This document shows, in pieces, positions 1-11,951 of a stretch of 64,000 nt of DNA. This DNA comes from Rhizaria sp. SCN 62-66 (taxonomy: Eukaryota), in contig MEDY01000023.1 of assembly GCA_001724265.1 (NCBI GenBank), positions 1 to 64,000 on the forward strand. The letters are read 5' to 3'. A program made the position numbers and the translations under genes. The notes under the pieces are model-generated. The model was not told where the DNA came from. It did no database searches and saw only the letters and a list, made by a program, of their open reading frames with translations. How positions within the stretch are numbered: the first letter of the stretch is position 1; every line of letters starts with the position of its first letter.

Positions 1-419
1 AATTGTATTACAAAATCAACTTCCACCACAAATTTGCTTGGTCAACTACGGATATTTTAGCCACAGCTACGGATATTTTTGCCCGCAGTAGTACTAGTAC
101 TGTGGTTTGCTGTGCGAAGGGGATTTTAATGCAGAATGTCGTTTGTAACATATCTCTTCACTAAAATATAAAATTGCGTACATAGTGACTCGTAATAACA
201 TATTTAAGACTATTCTATTGTTAGTCGTACTAATATTAACATTAAAACCTATAAGTTCATGTCGTCGGCAGTTATCATCAGAAAAATGTATGATTTAAAA
301 CATAACACTAAATATTTTAAATTCGATGGCGGAACCCATCGATTTAAAGCAGCATCCGAACAAGATGCGCTTCATTTTTTGCTTCACACTCCGTCCATCT
401 TACTGTAAAGTGTGCACAA

Positions 420-493
420 GCTCTTGTGGCTCAGTTGGTAGTAGCGTGCGGCTGTTAACCGCAAGGTCGCTGGTTCGAGCCCAGCCAGGAGCG
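420..493 (+). tRNA. tRNA-Asn (anticodon GTT), intronless
   Basis: Cloverleaf: acceptor GCTCTTG/CAGGAGC; D-arm TGGCTCAGTTGGTAGTAGC; anticodon stem TGCGG/CCGCA around loop CTGTTAA; T-arm GCTGG-TTCGAGC-CCAGC; discriminator G; no encoded CCA. Confidence 0.95.
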
Positions 494-507
494 TTTTTTT
501 TTTTTTA
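494..507 (+). terminator. RNA polymerase III poly-T terminator of the tRNA
   Basis: Run of 14 T immediately after the tRNA 3' end. Confidence 0.85.
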
Positions 508-1014
508 TGTGGCGCTTTTTTCATTCCCACGCGGCTGCGCGCAGTCCTACACGCGCCACACAGTTAGCAGAAGCTCGTACGAGCTTTGCTTTTTGCTCGC
601 TCGAAGCAGCTGTTGCATTTCACCCAAGCCCGCGTCATGCTGTTCCTTCGATGTTGCTTGCACAACTACAGTCGTGACAATCTGTTTGCTCTAAACATCT
701 CGTCATTCTTATTCGTATTGTTACTTTCATGTACGTAGTACGTGTATTAATATTACTTATCAGCTTGCAAATTTACAACAGTCTCTCTTCAATCAATTCA
801 CTGCATTTGCCTCTTCACCATCATCATCTCTCTTCTCAGGCCTCACAGTCTCACGTTCTGTCGCATCTCGACATGACACGCCACGCAGGCAGAGTCGCTC
901 GTCGCGTCGCCAGTCACTGAGTGTCGCACTCGTCCCCCCCGGTCACACTGACACTCTCTGTCACGATAGTCACTCAGTCAGCCACCATCGGTCGCATTCC
1001 TCGGTTGCGGGACC

Positions 1015-4000
1015 TCAGTCGGACCACGCGCCCTCGAAGCCGACAAAGCCGGTGAGCAGGAAAAGCACATAATAGCTCTTCTTGGAGAGTTTGGAGCACC
1101 AGTTCCACGCCGACGTGAGCCGGCCGTCGATGCAGCTGCCGGCGCTGCTGTAGTCCTCGGCGCCCGAGCCGTCGAAGGCGTGCTTGAAGAAGTCGCTCAT
1201 GATGTACTCAGTCAGCGCGCGGACCGACTTGTTGTTGCCGTAGAAGGCGCGGATCCACCCCGCCAGCACGCGCCGCGAGTGCTGCGGCGTGTAGACCGCG
1301 GGGCACGGGTAGATCGAGTTCTTGCTCGAAGGCTGCACTTCGCTCAGCGTGCCCGCCGCGATGCCCGCGCCGGCGGCCGCAGTGTCGCCGCGGTTCGCCC
1401 GCTCCGCCAGCGCGGCAGCCGCCGCGTCGCCGCGGACGCTGTCGGCCACGGCGACGGGGTGGATGCCGTAGAGCGCGTCGGTGCGCAGCGCGTTGGCGAC
1501 CTCCGGGTCGACGGCGGCCGCGGCGGCGGTTTGGCGGGCCTTCTTGGCGCGCTTGTGCTTGCTGCTGCCGCTGACGCTCATGTTGCCGCTGTCGTCGTCG
1601 TCGCTGTCGCCGCTGTCGGCAAGGGCCAAAGCCTGGCGGTCGGCCTCGGCGAAGAACTTGTTGATGTCTTCGTCGCTCACACCGACAGTATCGGCAGCGC
1701 AGCTCACATCAGAGTTCGCGTCAGCGGCGGCGGCGGCTTGGACAGCGTTGTTAGGGTTACTCTGAGCGTTAAGAAAGTCCCTCTCGGCCTTGGCGGCGTT
1801 GAAGGAGGCGATGGCCTGATCGAGGCGCTGCACCGTCGCCACGAAGGGGGCCAGGATGCGCTCGACCTAAGGGATATATTACGTACGTATATGAGCACAA
1901 GTTAAAAAAAAAGTTCATTTTTCACATATCAAGCTATAATATCAGTTAATGTTAAATATCACAACAGTATGCCTCCTATATCGAAGTTAGATAGTTTATC
2001 GTAGTTTTTTTTTCTTCAGTTCAGTAGTCGTACCTGTGTGTACTTGTCGATGAAGACAAAGGCGTTGGGAACGTTGATGTCGCCCAGGTGCACGGCCGAG
2101 GAGCCCACCCAGCGGTTGTTAAACTGCGCGTAGGCCTGTGTCATGATCTCGCTCATCGCACGGCCCACCAGAGGCGCGTTCTGCATGCGGTTCAGGCCCT
2201 GCATTGTGATATCAGATTGCAGGTTACAGACAACAAAGCGAAGAGAGCGGATTGGACAACACAACAATCAATAATAAGTAAAAATCAAAGGATAAATCCA
2301 AACGTAAGCATAAATAATTAATATCATGACAGTTATATCTCGATTGAATAGAGTGCGTAATCACGTCTAAAATTACTTAGTTTATCGCTGTCACGCGCGG
2401 TGAAACGTACCTGTCCGGTGTTCTGGAGCCTGTGCGGGTTGCTCTCGGAGAGCATATCTGCGTCAGCGACGGACCACAGCTTCATCATGTTGAGCATGAT
2501 GAGCCGCCACAGCGCGAGCGACTGGCGCACATACATGAACTGCGTGGCGTGGTTGTGGTTGAGGCGGGCCCCCATGGAGCCGCTCTCGATCTCCAGCGAC
2601 CGCGGCGGGTTGGCCGTGCCGAAGGGCTCGAGGAAACGGATCGTGGCGTCGATGGGCGCGATGGCCTGCTGGAGATAAGCCGTGGCGTCGCTGGCGGCGT
2701 GGATGACCGACATGAGCACGTCCAGCGGCAGCACGGGCGTAGGGCCGAAGGCCTTCACGCGCACGGTCCCGTCGCTATGGAGACCACCGCAAATATAACA
2801 CAAAAGACAAAAGAAAGCGGTTAGTATCAGCGTTATGATGTCTTGTTGGTTCATGAAAAAAAGACTTGACTTTGACATCAATGAACTCTTTTTAAACTAA
2901 GGCCTAAAAATAAAGATAAATATCACAAAATCACAGATTATAGGAATTAATTGCAGAGATATACTGCAACATGATCGCGTACTCGTCAACCTCATAGAAC
3001 TTGGGGTCGGCGCTCTTGCACGCCGAGGGAAGCGTGAACCGCCCCGCACGCGCGGCCTCGGTGCTGGCCTTGCTTTCATAGAACGGCATCGCGGCGAGCG
3101 CGGCGGCGCGCTTGAGCGCGGTGGCCGTGGCGGCCGCCTGCCCGCCCGCCGCGGCGGCCGCGACGGCGGACTGCGCGCGCGCGGCCGCGGCCTCGGCAGC
3201 GGGGAGCCCAAAACCCGGGTCGCCCGTGTCGCCGGCCGCCGTCCACCGCGCCTTAAGCCGCTCCAGCGCCTGCGCGCGCACCGTCACGGCGGCGGCGGCG
3301 GCAGCAGGCGACACGGACCGGCGCGCCGTCAGCGGGGCCGACGCTAGCGGGAGGTCTGGATCCCGCAGCAGCGCCTCGGCCGAGTACGGCGCGAGCACCG
3401 ACCGCGCCGTCTTGATCGGCGCGAGCGGGGAGAAGCCGAAGGCGTCGCGCATAGGCGGAGACTGGGCGTCCATGAGCACAAACATGAGCTTACCGTAGAT
3501 GCCGCGCAGCTTCTCGGGATTGCGGATCTTGTGTCGGCGCCCGATCTCGAACACCGTCTGGAAGAAGGCCGCGTGCGGCGCGAAGCCCGCGCTGGCGCTC
3601 TGCGAGTTGGCGCTGCTATTGCGCGAGAAGGAGAAGAACGACTGCGTGTTGGCCGTGGTCGCCGCGGCGTTGGTGGCGGTGGCCATGCGCTTGACGGCCT
3701 TGACGTCGTGCGCGGCCGACATACCCAGCAGGAGCGAGTACACCGCCGCGAGCTCCGTGCGCATTGCCTCCGAGCGCGCGCCGTAGCCCTGGTGCACGCA
3801 GTCAACGTTGGAGGTGTACTCACTGGTCTCAAGCGCGTCCTGCAGGATGCGCAGCAGACAGCGCTCGCTCTCGTCGAGCCGGACCGGAGTGTACTTCATC
3901 CGGTCCTGGAAGTTGTCGAACTGCTCGAGCGCCGCCAGCCCGAGCCGTGCACTCTCACGCGCACTATCCTCATCACTACCAACCGCATTGCTAGCAGCAG

Positions 4001-4768
4001 CTGCAGCATCAGCATCAGCAGTTGTATCGGAGTCAGTCATAGTGAGAGGGACGACGGGGGCGTCGATCACAAGCTTGTTCGCGCTCGCGCTGGCGGCGGT
4101 GGCGTTGGCAGTGGCGTCAGAGGCAGTCATGGCGGCAGCGGTGCTGTCGGCGGGGACGATCTTGGTGATGTTTGCGTTGGTGCCGGGCTCAATGCGGGTG
4201 GCCGTGTGCGTGCGGCGTTGCCCCTTCTTGTGCAGACCGGCGAAGCAGTATTCACAGTAATCGTCCTGAGAGCGCCGCAGAGCGAGCATGGTAAAGACCA
4301 GGAGAGAGGATGTGAGAAGTGTGATGTGAGGGATTAATTGGCAAAGCAGACAACTGATGAATACAAGTGAACAACGTGATGTCTTAGAGCATCAAAGCAC
4401 AAACACATTGAGTTGCGTTATATTATCGAAAATCGCGCATTGCGTATGGGAAGATGATGACGAACCTGGCATTGTGCGCAGGTGACACAGGCGGGCTGGT
4501 CGTCGCACTCGACGCACATGCCCAACGCGTGCACCACCACAAACGAGCGCGACTGCGACAGCGCCTCAAGCTCGCCTGCAAGCGGCGGCGGCAGGGAGGT
4601 AGGGAAGCAACGAACAGAGTGCAAGAGAGAGAGAGAGGCAAGAGCAATGAATGTGAGTGCGATGGACAATCAGAGCAGAGGTTGAGCTGAGAGCGAAAGA
4701 AGAGAATTAGATTTGTTCGAGAGTTAAGATGAAGAGAACGTACGAGAGCCGGCAGTCTGAGATGACAT
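1015..4768 (-). CDS. B-box zinc finger + UPF0652/DUF2009 family protein (~932 aa, 6 exons)
   Basis: Exons 4768-4744, 4575-4466, 4265-2983, 2774-2411, 2198-2034, 1866-1015 join in frame across GT-AG introns; ends TGA. B-box [32 protein letters not shown]. Family motifs [65 protein letters not shown]. The first small exon is less certain. Confidence 0.85.
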
Positions 4769-5684
4769 GGGGAGCAGGAAGCCGCAGTAGCGCTATCGTT
4801 GGACGACAGTGAGTGCGAGTGGCTTTGTCTGCTTGGTATATCGGCAATGGGTGAGTGCAGAGACAAGAAGACACAATTAATGTGTAAGAGAGTGTTGATT
4901 TGAAAATGCGAATGGTTGGCGAAGGCTCAACAAAAAGAATGCGTGCAAAAGAGGCAGCGTTGGCGCCGCAAAGTCATCTCCGTGTTATGGTCCTCCTAAG
5001 CAGAGGGAACGAAAGCCAGTGCTCCGATCTAGTTGGCAGACAAGCACAAAGCAGAGGAGACGAAAACAAAAAAAGTAGCACAACGCCACGAAGAAGAAGA
5101 AGAGCAGATTGCATCCTTGTTGAGTTCCACTAGGAAGCCCGAGAGAAGAGCATGTACGAAAGCTCGTGGACACTGGAATCTGAACAACTACGAAGCTCAG
5201 TTCTGGTGCCATATCAAGCATTCATGTGCTATAAAAAGAAATTATAAAAGAATTTGCACTGTTCCTTTACGAACAAGGTAGATCATCCCTAAAATCGGTG
5301 AATATGACCATATCCAAGCTCTTTGTTTGTTCGCCCTCCGCTCCCGGTCACCGCGCGTTGCTCCGCACACCACGAACGAGTCACATCCAGCTGGACCTTC
5401 CAAAAGATGTTCAATCTCAACCAGGACTGGGCTATTTCAACTGAAGTCAAGGTTGTATAAGATTTCAACTATTTTTTGATACGATATCGATGGATAATTT
5501 CTGTAGGCGCTCATCACCAGAATATATCTTCAATGCAAGTAAAGTAACGAGAGTGCGCAGCGCGGTCATAAAACGACATTGTATTCCTATAATAGTATGA
5601 AATTTTTTCTTTGGGTTTCAATTAAAAGGCATCAGCATCCTATATCTATTCCTCACGCGATGAGTTTTCGACACCGATGCGGAT

Positions 5685-7556
5685 TTAGAGACCGAGCGAG
5701 CGGAGGAGGCTCTCCGACACAGTCGCGGACTCCTCAATCGCAGCAACAGCGTTTTTGTTGTTCTGCTCCTTGTAGTCCTGGCCGATCCACTGGCCGATGC
5801 GCTTGATGACGGTCAGGCGGTCCTGCGCGAGCGTGGAGGCCGTGTTGGTGCCCAGGATGGCGCAGTGAGAGGTGCGCGCGGTGACCATCGTCTCGCAGCC
5901 TTCCGCGATGGGCTCGACGCCGGGCAGCTTCGACAGCGCCTTCCAAGGATCAATACCACCATTAGTGAAGTATGTGTTAGATGCCGAAAAGACGAAGCCG
6001 CCGTAATGGTTGCGCGCGGTCTGCGCAGCGGCGAGCACGTACTTGCCGTTGTCGTCGGGCAGGCCGAAGACGTCAGCGCAGAGCTTGTAGAAGAGAGACG
6101 GGGACACCAGCTTGGCGTGGCCCAGGGCCTTGCCGGTAACCTATGGACGGCAAATAAAACGATATTAGAAACCGCAGGGAGATCAACAACAGCAGCAACA
6201 AAGTAGAGAAAAGCGCAAGAAAGCGAGGGATTGGTGAGAAAGTGAAGTGGAATGCGTCACGACAGTACAGAACAAAATGAGGGTGAAACCAATAAAAATA
6301 AGCAAAAAAATACAAATATTAACATGATCTAGCTCCAATTCCGTCAGCTCTGCGATGAAGACAAAAAGAATGCGTACCTGGTAGAAGCCGAACTCCGTGC
6401 AGGTCTGCCAGGTCCACTGGCGCATCATCCCATTGCCCCAGCGCGTGCTGTTCATACTGGCGACCATGTCGGCGTACGAGTGGTCGATGCACTTGGAGCC
6501 GCGCAGACGGAGCCACTCACGCATAGAGCTGGCGAGCCCGGCGTAGGGGCTCGCCTGGGTGGCAAGGTCCTTGCACAGCGTGACGATGTTCTGCGCCGCC
6601 GCGTCCTTGTGGTACTGGATGATATCAGCCACGCGGTCCGTCAGCGAGTAGAAGAAGGTCTCGCGCGCCAGCACGTCCGCGCGCGCGGGGCTGGTGCCCG
6701 AGGGCGGGGCCGTGCAGAGCAGGAAGTCGTCCGCCAGCGCCGCGGCGTCGCCGCCCTGCAGCTTCTGCTCAACCGTGACAAGCGCCTTGCGGATGTTCGA
6801 GACGCAGGTCGCGCCGCCGAACTCGGTCAGCGCGTCCTCGACGACCTCGTAGTACTGGTAGAACGCCACCTCGGGCTCCAGCGGCGCGCTCGAGGCGAGG
6901 GACGCGATGGCGATGTGCGGGTACTTGAGGCGGAACCAGGCCGACAGCGAGCCGCCATAGGAGCCGCCCCAGACGGTGATGGGGCCGTTCTTGCTGCGGT
7001 CCGTGTAGCCCATCGCGGTAAGGAAGGCGGCCAGGTCCGCGAGCGCCTGCTGGGACGACAGCAGACGCAGCGAGGCAGGCGAGAGGTCAGCCGTGGGCTT
7101 CGAGTCGCCGTAGAAGCGGTGCTCCAGCGCGACCATACGCGCGCTGTGCGCCTTGGCAGCGTCGTGCACGAGCCCGGACATGAGGTAGTTGGGCGACAGC
7201 GGGCCCTCAGAGCCGATATAGACGTGCACAGGCGGCGGCGACTCGGGGGACGAGGCGGCGGCGTAGGCGTCGTTCATGTAGTACTTCTGCTGCCACGTCG
7301 CCGTTGAGTCGTGCGCGAAATGGTCCGCGAGCTGCGTAAACCACAGCGCCTCGTTAGGCGCGATGTACGCGCCCGTGTGCGGGCAGGTGGAGCCGAGCTT
7401 GTTGGCCGTGAAGGACGCCAGAGTTTCGGCGGTCACGGTCGGGGGCGCGACCGTCTGCATCGGGGTCTGCTTGGTCCAGATGCCGGCCTCGGAAACCGAA
7501 GCCAGGCCCAGGAAGGCCGCGGCCGCAAGGGCAAGCACGGAGAGATTGAGACGCAT
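5685..7556 (-). CDS. Secreted/lysosomal serine peptidase, family S28 (PRSS16/PRCP-like), 2 exons
   Basis: Exons 7556-6378 and 6140-5685; ends TAA. Signal peptide MRLNLSVLALAAAAFLGLAS; motifs FTQLADHF, LEHRFYGDS, LSSQQALADLA, GGSYGG (Ser), RQWTWQTCTEFGFYQ, NGGIDPW (Asp), SHC (His). Confidence 0.92.
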
Positions 7557-8413
7557 CGTCGTGCTAGATACGCGCAGAAGCAAACACCACCAGGCAAAGA
7601 GTGTCGAAAGAAAAAATGGTGAGCGCAAGAGGAGCCAATAGGTTGCGGGTGTCGAGTTTGTGCAAGTCAATAAAAGAATTTGGCACAAAATTATTCAAGC
7701 AAAGTATACTTTTACAAACAAGCTATGTGTTTTGTGGTGCCAAAGTCGTTTTGACGCAAGAAACGTCGAGAATAAAGATGATAAACTGGTCGCACTCACG
7801 TCATCGCTTGGCGACGCGTCGGTCGGTTTGGGACCGCCAGGTTGAAAAAATATTAGTGGTGAGATAAATATTTAGGCTAATATGATGTTCCATTCAAATA
7901 ATAGGAGCTATAATTGGATAAACATAATCATTTAAACATGCGGATTATTTCACTAGGTGCACAATAGTGTTGACAATGAATTCACGAGGATATGTCTTGT
8001 TTTTACACTTTTTTGCGCATGATTGTTATGCCCATGCAACAAATGATTTTTTTACTCACACTCGAGCGTGATATTACTTAGTTTCGTCAACTCACTTTCA
8101 TACCACTCAAAGAACTTATTATATCACCATAAGAGCCAGTTTGTTTCCACAAGTCTTTGTCTTGGTGTGTTCACAACTCTTACACTTAGAAGTTACGGCT
8201 CGCCGACTTGCAATACACCCAATGATTTGATTCTATCTGCATGCACATAATTAAGGATGTATTAGATAATAATGATCACATAAAAAGTATCTTGTGTCGT
8301 TTCGCACAGACAAGACTGATTGGCCTTGCGTCACAGAGCGTCTCTGTCACTCGTTACGAAACGAAACACCCACGCATCATCACACAACAACGAACGACAA
8401 GCACACCCAGCCA

Positions 8414-8501
8414 GTCCGTCCGTCCGTCCGTCCGTCCGTCCGTCCGTCCGTCCGTCCGTCCGTCCGTCCGTCCATCCGTCCGTCCGTCCGTCTGTCCGTC
8501 T
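8414..8501. repeat. (GTCC)n tetranucleotide microsatellite, about 22 units, downstream of the rhomboid gene
   Basis: Near-perfect GTCC tandem array with a few ATCC/GTCT variants. Confidence 0.95.
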
Positions 8502-8549
8502 GCCTGTATCGCCAGTGCCGACTGCGAAGACTATCAGCCGCAGCGCCCT

Positions 8550-9971
8550 TCACCAGGGATAGTTGCGGCGCTTGCGCGCCATGGCCTCGTACTGGTACAC
8601 GGCAAGCCCGGACAGATAGCCGCCCAGATGCGCCATGTGGCCCAGCGGGGAGACGAAGAGCCCGGCCGCGGTGCCCGCGACGCCGCCCAGGTCGAACGCG
8701 GCCAGCACGGGCAGCAGCGTGCGCGCGCTCAGCGTGATAGCGAAGAAGAGGCTGAACTGCGTGTTGGGATACGTCAGGCACGTGTTGCTGATAAGAGCGC
8801 CCAGAGCGCCCGACGCGCCGAGCATGGGCGCCAGAAATGAGTACGCGGCCTCGGCGTTGCCGCGGCGCGAGAGCGCAAAGGCGAGCCCGGCGCCGCCGAA
8901 GACCTGCGCAAGCGAGGCAACGACGCCCGCGCCCAGCCACACGCCCATGAACTTGTTGAAGGACCACGTCTCGTCGTAGATGCGCCCGATTGACAGCAGC
9001 GCAATGGTGTTGAAGAGGAAATGGAGCCCTGACTGGTGCGAAAAGGCCGAGGTGACGAGCGTGTGCAGACGGCCCGCCATGACGTGGCTAAACGAGGTCA
9101 TGAAGTGCTCCGCCATGCGCTCCTGCAGCGCGGGCACGCGCCAGCAGAGGAAGACGACTGTATTAATAGCCGTGATGATGTGCGTCGTGCCCAGCCGGTA
9201 CGCGTTGCCGTTGAAGAGCAGGTAGTGCTTGCCGTGGTGCGTCACCAGCGAGAGTCCCAGCAGCGAGAAGAGCGACCGCGCGCCGCGCAGCTCGGGCAGC
9301 AGCGCCTCGTCCGCGCTCGACATCGTGTCCGGGGTCAGGAACAGACCGTAGCCCGCGGCGCCCAAGAGGGCGAAGCGCGCGCCCGTGGCAAAGTCGCGCG
9401 ACCAGGAGCCGCTGTTCTTGCCGCTGCCGTCCTGCTCCTGCTTGTTGCCACTGCTCTGCTCGTTTTTGCTATTGTTGTTGTTGTTGTTGTTGTTGTTGCT
9501 GTTGCTGTTGTTGTTGACAGTAGCGTCGGCGGCGGCCGTGACGCCGCGAATGAGGGCCACGGTCTGCGAGAGGGTAAGGCGGGGTGCGGCGGCGGCGCGG
9601 GCGGCCACCGTGGCCGGGGACAGCGACGCGATCGAGCGGGCGAACGCGGAGAACGACGTCGGAGCAGCAGCAGCATCAACAACAGCATCAGTCTCGGCGG
9701 CGTTGCTGCGAGTGTTAGTCGTGGCCATGCTGGAGCTCGAAGCAGCACGGAAAGGGCGGGCAAGCAGGGTGACAGGCGCATCGAGGAGAGAAGCCGCGCT
9801 GGAAGTCACCGCCGTCGCAGCAGAGACAGCAGCAGTGTGGCTGAGAGCGCTGCGGGCCTTGTTGCCAGCGACTCGGGCACTCGTGCTGGAGGTGAACAGA
9901 GTCGCGGCAGCGGTGGCTGACTTCAGGCCGCCCTTGGAGAGCATGAGTCGGGAGGACGCGCGGGAGAGCAT
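8550..9971 (-). CDS. PARL: Mitochondrial rhomboid protease (PARL/Pcp1-like), single exon
   Basis: ATG at 9971 begins an Arg/Ser/Ala-rich presequence (MLSRASSRLMLSK). Motifs TSAFSHQSGLHFLFN, LGASGA (catalytic Ser), GHMAHLGG (catalytic His); ends TGA. Confidence 0.88.
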   Translation of the reverse strand: MLSRASSRLMLSKGGLKSATAAATLFTSSTSARVAGNKARSALSHTAAVSAATAVTSSAASLLDAPVTLLARPFRAASSSSMATTNTRSNAAETDAVVDAAAAPTSFSAFARSIASLSPATVAARAAAAPRLTLSQTVALIRGVTAAADATVNNNSNSNNNNNNNNNSKNEQSSGNKQEQDGSGKNSGSWSRDFATGARFALLGAAGYGLFLTPDTMSSADEALLPELRGARSLFSLLGLSLVTHHGKHYLLFNGNAYRLGTTHIITAINTVVFLCWRVPALQERMAEHFMTSFSHVMAGRLHTLVTSAFSHQSGLHFLFNTIALLSIGRIYDETWSFNKFMGVWLGAGVVASLAQVFGGAGLAFALSRRGNAEAAYSFLAPMLGASGALGALISNTCLTYPNTQFSLFFAITLSARTLLPVLAAFDLGGVAGTAAGLFVSPLGHMAHLGGYLSGLAVYQYEAMARKRRNYPW

Positions 9972-10330
9972 GGAACGCGCTGTAAGAGAAGGGAAGAGCA
10001 CACAGAACGAAGAGCGAGGGTATGCCGAGAGATATGAAGTGGAAATGACGACGAGTGAGAGTTCGAGAAGTCAGAAAAGAGGCGGCGTTGGAGAAATAAA
10101 GGGACCCATACAGAATTCGATTTGAAACAAGAAAATGAAATAGCACGTTTAATCCTATCATTGCTATACATAAACTAAACAACGATGGGAACATGGTTTT
10201 CACGGAGTGAATAGAAGGCTGACCACAAGCTTGAGCTGCGATCGGCCGCGAAGGGCCCCAACAACCACGCTGAGTGATGACTTTGCGCCAAGACATAGAT
10301 CGCGCTGAACTCTCCGCGCCTCGCTCTGCA

Positions 10331-11299
10331 ATGTCGACTGGGTTAATTTTAGCGCTTGTCGCGCTTGTAGTTGTAATTATCGCGCTTGTCCTCTCGCGCT
10401 CGTCCTCCGCAGCCTCGTCTTCGTCTCGCCGCACCATCCTGCTGACAGGCGCCATGGGCAGCGGCAAGACGGCGCTGCTGCACGCCCTTGAGCGTGGCAT
10501 CTTCGCCAAGACCATCACCTCGACCGCGCCCAACACCCGCGCGTTTGTTCCCGCGGGCTTCGCGCCCTCTGCCGCTGCGGCCGCGAAGAACTGGCAGTTC
10601 GTCGACGTCCCGGGCCACGGCTCTTTCGGGCTCGCAGTCACGGCTGCGCTGCCCGAGACGCGCGCCGTCGTCTTTGCTGTCGACCGCACCGACGAGGCCT
10701 CCTGGCCGCTTGCCGCCGCGCGCATCTACGCGCTCTGCACGGCGCCCGCGCTCGCCAAGGCCGCCGTGCCCATCGTCATCTACGCAAGCAAGGTGCGTCT
10801 CATGACTAAACTTCATAATTCCGAATTTTCACACTAGTTCACCATAATCATCCTTTTTTGTCCCAAAATTCAAACATAATCAAGATAACACGATAATCTA
10901 ACTTAATCCATTCTATATTTCCTATGCTGCGTCTTTTCTGTTCCTCTGTAATCGCGACTCGCTCGACTCGACAACAAACAGTCGGACCTGTCGGTCTTCG
11001 CGCGCCCTCTGCCCGAGCTGCGCGCCGCCCTCGAGACGGAGCTGACGCGCCTGCGCCGCGTGCAGGCTGCCGCGGCCGCCGCGGGCCCGCAGCTCGAGGC
11101 GCTGGGCGGCGCCGCCGACGCCGACACGGTCCCGCTGGTCGACCCCAAAAAGACGCCCGCACGCGGCAGTAACGCCAAGGCGTCTGCGGGCGTTAGTCTG
11201 GACGATTTGTGGTGCCCCGTGACGCTGGTCGCGGGCTCGGCCGCCGATGGCACCGCGGCCTCGGTCGTGGCCGAGCTGGGCCGCATTGCGGTCGCGTGA
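10331..11299 (+). CDS. SRPRB: Signal recognition particle receptor beta subunit, 2 exons
   Basis: Exons 10331-10792 and 10982-11299. N-terminal TM anchor, P-loop GAMGSGKT, DVPGH, VVFAVD, ASK|SDL, LETELTRLR helix; ends TGA. Confidence 0.85.
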
Positions 11300-11951
11300 G
11301 TAACTTATTACACTGTACAAGTATGCCACTACGCTACGTCTTATTGATTGATACCGCCTGTCTCATAGATGATGTGTTGTGCAAACGTGTGGCTGTTTTT
11401 ATGCGATCTCTATGAGTGGGGCGCGTAGAAATTGATACCGCTGGCCTTGCTGGGGCCGTGGGCTTACAGTCACTGTTGCGATCAGAGACATCACGAGCGC
11501 CAGTACTCAAGGAGTTTCTTGTTTTGCGATTTTCTGTGTGTGATTGAATACATATGTGTTTATGAGTTCAGTTTTGGCTAGGTATAACATTCTTTCATAT
11601 CATATCGTAAAGGTAGCGGTGTGAAAAACGTTATATAGGTTCATGTATGTGATGTGCGAGTTTTTTTTGCATCTTGAAACATTAGCCACAGGATCGTTCA
11701 AATTTCTGACTCGAGCCTGCTTTGTTTTGATCGTCAAGAACAAATTTTAGACAAATTATAGATCTAACACTCGATTTTAACATTGATTTTCTTTTTATAT
11801 TTTCTCAAAGTGCTTTTTGTTCCGACTGTCAGAGAGTCTTCCGTTTCTATTCCTCCAGTCGTGATTTGCCCGACCAAACTCTCCACTCCCCGACGCGCAC
11901 TGCCTTTCTGTCGCTTTCTCGCGACACAGCGCCCGCGCGCGCGGCTTTGCA

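Noticed and set aside
326-920. Short ORFs around the tRNA
   Set aside because: They overlap the tRNA and poly-T or AT-rich UTR-like sequence and lack the codon style of the real exons.
8414-8501. Tandem array as a CRISPR or telomeric repeat
   Set aside because: Simple 4-nt microsatellite without spacers, internal to the contig; no cas or transposase genes were recognised in the window.
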